Shown piece by piece: positions 9,303 to 16,914 of a DNA stretch of 40,622 nt. Location: contig JBKPDG010000070.1 in NCBI GenBank assembly GCA_046727755.1, forward strand, positions 1 through 40,622. Direction: 5' to 3'. The DNA comes from Actinomycetota bacterium (GTDB taxonomy: Bacteria; Actinomycetota; Acidimicrobiia; IMCC26256; JACDBD01). The position numbers and the translations under genes were made by a program. Each line of letters opens with the position of its first letter. Positions within the stretch are counted from its first letter, which is position 1. The notes under the pieces are model-generated. The model searched no databases. It saw only the letters and a list, made by a program, of their open reading frames with translations, and was not told where the DNA came from.

Positions 9303-9323
9303 AGCGACAGCTACGTTATCCAC

Positions 9324-10571
9324 ATGGCGGGGCTCAGTGATCTGTCTCGAGACCAGCTCGTCCCAGTCGTGCTCGAGTACATGATGGTCGGCCATCTCAT
9401 CGACCGGGCCTTGATGCCGCAGGTCGCGGTGCGCGCCGGGGTCGACGCCGTCGACAACGTCGCCATCGACGAGTGGCTCGGCGCGAGCCCCACGTACACC
9501 GCGCGGATGCGGCGCCTGATGGGCATCGACGGCGACGACGTCGGGGCGATCATGAAGGGCCTGCAGCTGGACGTGGGTTTCGTCCACCAGTACATGGGCG
9601 TGAGCTACGAGCTCACAGACGCGCGGCATGGCGCCTTCTGGCTCGACCACTGCGGTGCGCTCATGGACGTCGAGCCGCACGGCGAGGCGCGAGTCGTCGG
9701 CATGTGCCACCACATCGAGGATCCGACGTTCGACGGCACCGCGGTGGCGACCAACCCGCACGCCCGTATCCGCCCGATCCACCGCCCGCCGCGCGTTCCC
9801 GCGGACCGTGAGCCGCACTGCCATTGGACGATCACGATCGATCCCGAGAACGAGCCCATCGGTCCGGCCGCGCACACGCTGCGCGTCGCGCAGCTCCCGC
9901 TGGCGTCGGTTCCGAACGAGCGTCCGCCCGACCGCGAACCAGGCGGGAAGCCCGACTACCGCGGCCCGTTCGATCCGGCGTTCCGTCTCGCCGACTTGTC
10001 GCACGGCACGCTCGTCGCCGTCGCCGGCGAGTTCCAGGAGCAGGTCCATCTCCTGACGAGCTCGGCTGAGCTCGCGATCGCGGATCGCCTCGATGCGGAC
10101 GCCGCGCGCGAGATCATCGCCAGCCAGTGGATCGGCGCGAGCTGGGTCGCGAGCGAGCGGCTGGCCGGCGCGCTGGGGCTGACCGGCGGCGGGATCGGTG
10201 CCCTGGCGACAGTGATGGCGCTGCACCCGGCGCTCCCACCCGGCTTCGACCGCACTGTCGACGTCGATGCCGATCACGTGCGCCTCGAGCTCCGACCGCT
10301 CGCCGAGGGCCTGCTCGACCCGGCGAATCCGGGGTGGCTCGGGGTGCTGGCGCGTGGCGAGCGCGGTGGTGTCGCGGCCATGGCCCACCCGGTCGAGCCG
10401 CGCGCTCAGGTTGGGGATGTCGCGGTCCGTGATGGCCGGGTGGTGATCGATCTCGGGGTGAACGCCACTGCCGAGCCGGCGCCGGAGCCGCCCGAGGTGG
10501 CGTTCATGCGCCTCAGCGGTACGTCGTCGTGGGTGTTCGACGCCACCGCGGGCACGAGCGCCAACGCCTGA
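9324..10571 (+). CDS. Hypothetical protein with internal duplication and Cys/His motifs (V4R/ATC-hydrolase-like fold possible)
   Basis: ATG9324 with TACGTT 6 nt upstream; HCGALMD..MCHHIEDPTF..PHCHW; LSDLS/LADLS repeat starts. Confidence 0.7.
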   Translation: MAGLSDLSRDQLVPVVLEYMMVGHLIDRALMPQVAVRAGVDAVDNVAIDEWLGASPTYTARMRRLMGIDGDDVGAIMKGLQLDVGFVHQYMGVSYELTDARHGAFWLDHCGALMDVEPHGEARVVGMCHHIEDPTFDGTAVATNPHARIRPIHRPPRVPADREPHCHWTITIDPENEPIGPAAHTLRVAQLPLASVPNERPPDREPGGKPDYRGPFDPAFRLADLSHGTLVAVAGEFQEQVHLLTSSAELAIADRLDADAAREIIASQWIGASWVASERLAGALGLTGGGIGALATVMALHPALPPGFDRTVDVDADHVRLELRPLAEGLLDPANPGWLGVLARGERGGVAAMAHPVEPRAQVGDVAVRDGRVVIDLGVNATAEPAPEPPEVAFMRLSGTSSWVFDATAGTSANA

Positions 10572-10705
10572 CCGTACCGAACGCCGGCTATGGCCACGAA
10601 GCCGACGGTTTCAGGGTCGTGATTATGTGTGGGCTCGGCCTGGAACCTCGCAAGCACACGATGCGGGGCACCGGAACCGCAACTCGATCATTTGGAGGAC
10701 ACGCC

Positions 10706-10752
10706 CTAGTCCCCGTAACGGCGCGGGGGTTCAAGTCCCCTCTCCGACACCA
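10706..10752 (+). tRNA. 3' fragment of a tRNA-Leu-like gene (variable arm, T arm, acceptor 3' strand, CCA); no 5' half; att-like scar
   Basis: CTAGT-CCCCGTAACGGCGC-GGGGG TTCAAGT CCCCT-CTCCGAC-ACCA; no complementary GTCGG(A/G)G, D arm or anticodon loop upstream. Confidence 0.75.
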
Positions 10753-10998
10753 CGCTCGCGCATGTCCAGGGGAAGTTCTGGATGCTGCCGTTGAGCGGAT
10801 AGGCGGAACGAACCTGTTTCGAATCCGGCATGATCGCCAGGGTGTCTCTCTCCGAGTCGTTTCCATGTTCTTCGTCGGCTGGCTGGGCTGCGAGATGTAC
10901 GGTGCCGGCCAAGGTGTAGCGGTCGATGACGAAAGGCAGGGCCCGTCCGGTGAAGACGTCAGTTTCGCGGGTTGCGTCGTCAAGGGGAGGCGTCGCGG

Positions 10999-11235
10999 GT
11001 GTCTGCCGCTGACGAACTCGTGAGGTTCGAGCAGGACATCAAGCCGCTGTTCCGCCCGGTGGACTACGAGTCCATGGCTTGGGCTTTCGATCTCTCGTCA
11101 TACGACGAGGTGAAGGACCACGCCACGGCGATCCTTGAGCGCCTGCGCGAGGGTTCGATGCCATGTGACGGCGAGTGGCCCGAGGAGCAGGTGGAGCAGT
11201 TCCAGCGGTGGATCGAGTCTGGAATGCTCGAGTAA
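10999..11235 (+). CDS. Small acidic protein resembling a heme-less planctomycete cytochrome c-like domain
   Basis: GGGGAGG RBS; FEQDIKPLF...MPCDGEWPEEQVEQFQRWIESG; no CxxCH. Confidence 0.75.
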   Translation: MSAADELVRFEQDIKPLFRPVDYESMAWAFDLSSYDEVKDHATAILERLREGSMPCDGEWPEEQVEQFQRWIESGMLE

Positions 11236-11537
11236 CGACTCGTTTCAGCGGTGGCGTGTCGGCTTCGGTTTGAATCACCCCGGGTCCCATAGCGCCACCA
11301 CCCTGGGAGCCTGGCGGCAGGAGGCGAGAATCCGAGCCTCGGCAATGAGAGTGCGAACTGACCCTCGATGGACCGCCAACTCGGGTGATCAGTCGCGCCT
11401 AACGCCGGTTCGGAGCGCGCTCCGCGGTCGGAGTCGATCCTTCTGGCGCGTCGTTCTGTGTGGGTCCCTAATCCCGGTGATCGCGGCAGCCGCGTAGTCT
11501 TCCCGGAGTTTCGAGCCATGAGATCGGGATTGAGCAC

Positions 11538-12215
11538 GTGAGCGAGCCGGTGCCCCGCTACGAGCGCGGATCGTCCGAGTTAGATCGCGCGGTCGGCTTC
11601 GTCGACGCCACCTTCGCCGTGGCGCTGACGCTTCTGGTCACCGGCCTCGAGGTCGGCGAGAACCCGCAGGTCTGGACCAGCCTCAGTGCTCTCAACGACG
11701 AGGTCGGTCTGCAGTTCGTCGCCTTCGCGATCAGCTTCGCGGTCATCTCTAGCTACTGGCTCGAGCACCACCGCATGATCGCGTCGTTTGCGGCCATCGA
11801 CCGCCCAGTGATCATCGCCAACCTCTTCCTCGTCGCCGCCATCGTCATCCTCCCATTCAGTACAAAGTCGGTCGGCGACCCCGGCGTCGAGAACCTCCCG
11901 CTGCCGAGCGCGGTCTTGGCGGTCAACGTCGCCGCGGCCTCAGCGCTGCAGACGCTCGTCTACGCAATGGCGTGCCGGCGGCGCCTGCTCGCCTCCCAAC
12001 CAAGCCGTGCTGAGTTCTCCGCGCAGGTCGCGGCCTCGTTGACGCCGGCCGCGGTCTTCTTGTTCTCGATCCCGATCGCCTACCTCGTAGACCCTGGGGC
12101 GGCGCAGCTCGTCTGGCTCTCGCTGTTCGTCCTCAACCCGACGGTCGCGCGTTGGTTGCGGGGCACGCGCCGGCAGCACGTGCCGCCGCCAACGGACGCC
12201 GGCGAACGGGGCTAG
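11538..12215 (+). CDS. TMEM175 (DUF1211) family putative K+ channel
   Basis: DRAVGFVDATFAVALTLLV, SFAVISSYWLEHH, LPFST; about 6 TM. Confidence 0.85.
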   Translation: MSEPVPRYERGSSELDRAVGFVDATFAVALTLLVTGLEVGENPQVWTSLSALNDEVGLQFVAFAISFAVISSYWLEHHRMIASFAAIDRPVIIANLFLVAAIVILPFSTKSVGDPGVENLPLPSAVLAVNVAAASALQTLVYAMACRRRLLASQPSRAEFSAQVAASLTPAAVFLFSIPIAYLVDPGAAQLVWLSLFVLNPTVARWLRGTRRQHVPPPTDAGERG

Positions 12216-12228
12216 GCCCGGTCGTCCG

Positions 12229-13434
12229 GTGTCGGGATCCGTGGCGCCAGGTCCCGGCACCGTGTCGCGCCGCCGGGCGATCGTCGCGATCGCGATCGGC
12301 GCCGTGATGATCGACGCGACGCTGCTCGGCTTGATCGCGCCGCTCTTGCCCACGATCGAGGAACGCACCGGCGCCGGCCCGGACGCGCTGGGCGTCACTC
12401 TCGCGGCGTACGCGGTGCCGATCGCCGTGCTGTCGCTGCCGCTCGGTCGCATCGCCGATCGCCTCGGTCGGAGGCTCCTGCTCGCGGTCGGCCTCATGGT
12501 GGTCGGCGCGGGGTCGGGTCTCATCGCGGCCTCCGATTCGCTCGCGTTGCTGGTTGCTGCCCGCGCCGTCCAGGGGGTCGGGTCGGCCGCGAGCTGGATC
12601 GCGGCGCTGGCGCTCGTCTCGGACACCGCCCCGCCCGGCAAGCGCGGCGAGGCGCTCGGTGTCGCCATCGGCGCGACCGGCGTCGGCTCAATCGCGGGCC
12701 CTGCACTCGGCGGGGTCGCGGCCGACGTGGTCTCCTTCGAGGCGCCGTTCCTGATCTGCTGCGGCGCAGCCGTCGGGCTGTCGGTCGCTGCGCTCGTGCT
12801 GCTGCCGCGGGATCGGAAGAGAGCTTCGACCGCGTTGCCCGCGCTGGCAACGATCCGGCACGCGCTGCGGGCGTCCATCGGCCGGTGGGCGTCGGCGATC
12901 ATCCTCGTCAGCGCCCTCGTCCTCGGGGTAGTGGAAGTCGTTGCACCGCTCGATCTCGACGATCGCTTCGGGCTCTCGAGTGCCGCGATCGGACTGCTGT
13001 TTGCCGGCTCGATCGCGGTGGATGCCGGGATCGCGCCGCTGGGCGGGCGGTGGGGGGACCGGCGCGGCAGGCTCGTCCCGGCCCGCGCCGGGCTCGCGAT
13101 CACGGCGCTCTCAGCGCTGCTGCTCGCCGCCCTGCCTGGGGTGGCGGGAACCGCGATCGCGCTCGGCGTCTACGGCGCGGGCTTCAGCCTCTGCTTCGCC
13201 GCCGCCGTCCCGATGCTCGACGAGTCCTTCGACGAGGCCGAGCGGGGACTCGCCTATGGGTTCCAGAACGTCCTCTACGCGGGCGGGTACGCGCTCGGGC
13301 CGATCGCGGGAGGGCTCCTCCTCGACGTCGCTAGCGCCAAAGTCATTTACGTGGGCACTGCGGCCGCGGTCGCAGGGGCCACGATCGCGCTGCTCGTCGG
13401 CGATCGCTCCAAGACGGCAACCGAACGCATGTGA
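12229..13434 (+). CDS. MFS transporter
   Basis: GRIADRLGRR motif A, ARAVQGVG, GPALGG, GRWGDRRGR; about 12 TM. Confidence 0.9.
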   Translation: MSGSVAPGPGTVSRRRAIVAIAIGAVMIDATLLGLIAPLLPTIEERTGAGPDALGVTLAAYAVPIAVLSLPLGRIADRLGRRLLLAVGLMVVGAGSGLIAASDSLALLVAARAVQGVGSAASWIAALALVSDTAPPGKRGEALGVAIGATGVGSIAGPALGGVAADVVSFEAPFLICCGAAVGLSVAALVLLPRDRKRASTALPALATIRHALRASIGRWASAIILVSALVLGVVEVVAPLDLDDRFGLSSAAIGLLFAGSIAVDAGIAPLGGRWGDRRGRLVPARAGLAITALSALLLAALPGVAGTAIALGVYGAGFSLCFAAAVPMLDESFDEAERGLAYGFQNVLYAGGYALGPIAGGLLLDVASAKVIYVGTAAAVAGATIALLVGDRSKTATERM

Positions 13435-13623
13435 CAACCGCGGTCCTGGCGGACGTCGGCGGCCGAGCCGCAGGCTGCTCCACCTCCGCGCAGAGAACAC
13501 GGCTCCCCGAGGCGCACAGAACCCCGGCCCATGGCGTGGTCGGACAGAGCACCGATCGGCACCTACGCGGGTGGCCCTGGAACGTGTCCACGAGTGGATT
13601 GCCTGATTCGAGGCGAGATTCGC

Positions 13624-14426
13624 TCAGCCCGCCCCGCGGGCGAACTCAGTGACGACCGCGAGCCACTCGCTGGGATGCGTCTGATGTGGTACGTGGCCGG
13701 CGTCCGGGATCGTCGTGACGTGCGCGCGGTCGATGACTTCCGCCAGTCGGGAGATGATTGCCGCGAAGAACGGTGGGCTCTGATCGCCCTGCGTGAGCAG
13801 GACGGGACACGACACGGCCGCGAGCCCATCGAGGTCGATCATCGCCCAGTCGGGGTCGCGCGTCTCACCGACGAACGTCCCCGCGTTGGCGGTCATGGCA
13901 TCGCGTTCCTCCGAGGCATGAGCTCCCAGGCGCCCGGCCCGAGAGCCACCTCCTCGACGAACAGGCGCGCACCTGCCTCGGCGTCTGCACGATCAATGAG
14001 CGAAACGACCGCACCCACGCGCTCGCCAACCTGCGCGACAACCGGATCGTCAGCCACAAGCCCCATCAGCGGCGGCTCGTGGGCGCACACCGAGCAGACC
14101 AGTTCGGGCTGGCGGGCGGTCAGGCTGAGCGCAATCGAGGCGCCGAAGGAGTTCGCAACAAGGTGCGTCGGCGCCAGACCGTGCGCCTCGATGAGCGCGG
14201 CGAGATCGTCCTCGTCGTCGCGTCGCGACCCCGGCTGCGGAGAGTCCTCGCTGCCGGTGTGCCCACGGCGGTCGTAGCTGATGACCCGAAACGACTTCGC
14301 CAAGTCGTCCTCGACGAACATCCACGCCTGCCGGTCGTCCCAACTCCCGTGCACGAGTACGAGCGGCTCCCCCTTCCCGGTCTCCTCGGCGAGGAGCCGG
14401 ACACCGTTGACCTCAACCAGCGGCAC
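13624..14426 (-). pseudogene. Alpha/beta hydrolase split by a frameshift near 13913 (pseudogene or sequencing error)
   Basis: LVHGSW, YDRRGH, ANSFG in 13893-14426; PVLLTQGD and AGHVPH continue in 13624-13896 in another frame. Confidence 0.8.
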
Positions 14427-14793
14427 GATCCGACCGTATCGGGCTCCTCTCGGGGTCGACCAGAACGGGTGCCGCCGCGGAACGCCAACTCACATGGTCG
14501 ATCCGCGCCCAACGGCCGACGACAGAACGTGAATACCGAGTGTCGGCCATGTCAGCCGGTGAATGGATACAGATCGGCACCTCGGGCGCTCGACCGCGTA
14601 GCTTCTCGAACGCAACTCCCCATATGGATCGGGGACCGAGCCCGTCAAGGGATCGACAGCCGATGCAACGGGAGGGCTCGGTCGCGATCCAGCTACTTCA
14701 CCAGCTGTTCGCGGCCCACGAGCTTCACCCCAGGGCCACCCAAAGGACCCGCTGTCGCCGCGCGACCTTGAAGCGCGCGGCGGCGGTGAGCCG

Positions 14794-15603
14794 CTAGCGC
14801 CCTTCGAACTTCGGGTCGCGCTTGTCGCGGCGGGCGCGGGCGTGCTCGTGGAAATCCTCGGAACGGCTCGCGACCTCGATCGCCAGCGCCTCGTCGGCGA
14901 GGTGGCGCTCGAGATCGACGCTCAGTCCCCGGTGGATCAGCAGCTTCGTCAGACCTACGGCAACCGTGGCGGCCGACGCGAGCTCGCCGACGACCTCACC
15001 GGCGGCCGCGTCGACCTCCTCGACCGGGAGGGCGCGGTGCACCATGCCCCACTGCGCCGCTTGGGCGCCGCTGACCTCGCGCCCGAGCAGGAGCATCTCC
15101 TTGGCGCGCGCGACACCGGCAAGGCGGGGGATCAACCATGACCCGCCGGAGTCGGGAGTGAAACCCATCGTCGCGAACGGCGCTCGCAGACGCGCGTTCT
15201 CGGCAACGATCGCGAAGTCAGACGCCAGCACCAGGTGGAGCCCGAGGCCGATGGCCCATCCGCGGGCGGCCGTGACGATCGCCGTCTGGGTCTCGAGCAT
15301 CGTCGGGATCAGCCGGTTCACCTGCCAGCGCATTCGCCGCTGGGTCGAGCCGGCGCGTGGCGTGTCGCGAGCGCCGCCGCGTTGACCGAGGTCGAAGCCG
15401 GAGCAGAAGTGCTCGCCCGTGCCCGTGAGCACGATCACGCGGACGGACTCGTCGCTCCCCGCGGCCTCGACCGCCTCGATCAGGGCGAGGACCATCTCGT
15501 CGGTGACGGCGTTGCGGCGGTCGGGACGGTCGAGCGTCAGGCGGAGCGCGGGTCCGTCGCGCGTCACGAGCAGCCCGTCCGGAGGCTCGGGGTACGCCTT
15601 CAC
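14794..15603 (-). CDS. Enoyl-CoA hydratase/isomerase family protein
   Basis: LDRPDRRNA, HFCSGFDL, GWAIGLGLH, GFTPDSGGS; GTG15603 overlaps upstream stop. Confidence 0.88.
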   Translation of the reverse strand: MKAYPEPPDGLLVTRDGPALRLTLDRPDRRNAVTDEMVLALIEAVEAAGSDESVRVIVLTGTGEHFCSGFDLGQRGGARDTPRAGSTQRRMRWQVNRLIPTMLETQTAIVTAARGWAIGLGLHLVLASDFAIVAENARLRAPFATMGFTPDSGGSWLIPRLAGVARAKEMLLLGREVSGAQAAQWGMVHRALPVEEVDAAAGEVVGELASAATVAVGLTKLLIHRGLSVDLERHLADEALAIEVASRSEDFHEHARARRDKRDPKFEGR

Positions 15604-16862
15604 GCGCGCTCCTCCGCGGCGAAGCGCGCGACGAGCGCATCGAGCGTCTTCTGACACGTCGTCGCACCGCCGGGCGGCTCGGGCAGGCGCACCGGGCCGT
15701 GTTTCCGGCTCGGCAGCAGGATCGTCGCGTGCCCCGGCGTGGTCACCTCACCGCGCTGGTTCTCGCCCGACAGCTCGAGCTCCACCGCGGGGCGATCGCC
15801 GTCGACGAGCGCCTTGCGCACGACGCGTCCCCGCATCCAGTGCGTGTCACCGACGTAGTTGAACCGCCGGAACTGGCAGTCGAGCTTCCAGAGCCACGCG
15901 TCGTCGCCCATCCAGTCGGTGCACAGGTGGATGAGCCAGGTTTCCCGCATCCGGCCGTAGTCGTACGTCGACGGGTTGCCCGCCCGCCGAGCCCATTCGG
16001 GGTCCCAGTGAACCCGCTGCTGCACGTCCGGGATGTTGAGATCATCGGGCCGGAAGAAGCGAGGCACGCGCTGACGCTGCTGGTAGCCGAGCCGGAGTGC
16101 CCTCACTCCGTAGAGCCCCATGCCCATGCCGACGTGCCAGCAGACCATGTCGGTCACGCGCAGCGGGCCCTTAACCAAGGGGCCGACCTCATCGCCCTCC
16201 TCGACGTGCTCCCACAAGCGTGGTTGCGAACCCCGCCGGCGAGCCGGCTCCGAGGCGTAGCCGTCGTCGATCTCGCGCAGCTGCTCGTCGGTGTAGGGAT
16301 CGATGGAGGTGTCGTCGTACTTGCCGCGTTCGTCGGCCTGCTCGCGCTCGGTGCGGATCATCAAGCGGTACTGCGCCGACAGCACCTCGCTGGGCGCGGC
16401 AAACACCTCCGCCGTCCACTCGTGGACAGCACGCGTGGCGAACTCACTCTGCTTGTCGTGCACGCCGACGAGCGCATTCCGGCGCGTGACGCGCATGCCG
16501 GGTCGCAGCGGCGCCCACCATTCGCGAAAGCTGCCCGAGTAGAACGCGTGCGCGCCCCGGATCGGGTCGCCTTTGAGCAGCGCGCGTTCGTCGTCGTCGA
16601 GTTCGGTCACCTCGTTCTCGCCGATGAGCGTGTCGCCGCCCACCATCGGAGGCGGCGCAACTGGCCCCCGCCATCGCGTCGACGCCGCGTAGGACGGGTT
16701 GCACCACAGCGGGTTGTCGTCGCCGTACGCCTCGGCCACTTGGCGGAACGCGTCCTCGTTCGGGCACCGGTAATGCGGCGGCTGGGGATGCGGCTGCGGC
16801 AGGCCGATCCGTGCACGCAGTCGCGCGACGCCCTCGTCGGTGATCGACGGGCCGTCCGCCAT
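15600..16862 (-). CDS. Double hot-dog MaoC/FAS1-like (de)hydratase
   Basis: AEAYGDDNPLW, WEHVEEGDEV, DVQQRVHWD, YDYG, FRRFNYVGDT, NQRGE. Confidence 0.82.
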   Translation of the reverse strand: MADGPSITDEGVARLRARIGLPQPHPQPPHYRCPNEDAFRQVAEAYGDDNPLWCNPSYAASTRWRGPVAPPPMVGGDTLIGENEVTELDDDERALLKGDPIRGAHAFYSGSFREWWAPLRPGMRVTRRNALVGVHDKQSEFATRAVHEWTAEVFAAPSEVLSAQYRLMIRTEREQADERGKYDDTSIDPYTDEQLREIDDGYASEPARRRGSQPRLWEHVEEGDEVGPLVKGPLRVTDMVCWHVGMGMGLYGVRALRLGYQQRQRVPRFFRPDDLNIPDVQQRVHWDPEWARRAGNPSTYDYGRMRETWLIHLCTDWMGDDAWLWKLDCQFRRFNYVGDTHWMRGRVVRKALVDGDRPAVELELSGENQRGEVTTPGHATILLPSRKHGPVRLPEPPGGATTCQKTLDALVARFAAEERA

Positions 16863-16899
16863 GCGCGCCTCCTCGTCGAGAGAACGGTTCCGCCCGTGC

Positions 16900-16907
16900 T
16901 GTATACA
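16900..16907. promoter_or_regulatory. Palindrome TGTATACA, candidate GntR/FadR-family operator
   Basis: AT-rich perfect palindrome in the 52-bp gap between divergent starts 16862 and 16915. Confidence 0.5.
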
Positions 16908-16914
16908 ACATGCA

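Noticed and set aside
7329-10571. 1080-aa and 792-aa overlapping ORFs
   Set aside because: Each is one real gene (from 9324 +, from 9302 -) plus an antisense extension
10660-10752. Complete tRNA gene
   Set aside because: No acceptor 5' strand, D arm or anticodon loop upstream; kept only as a fragment
13431-13652. 73-aa ORF coupled to the MFS stop
   Set aside because: No recognisable motif and atypical composition; cannot be supported
14427-14793. Short ORFs or ncRNA in the gap
   Set aside because: No convincing coding signal or recognisable RNA structure by eye; Infernal/BLASTX would be needed
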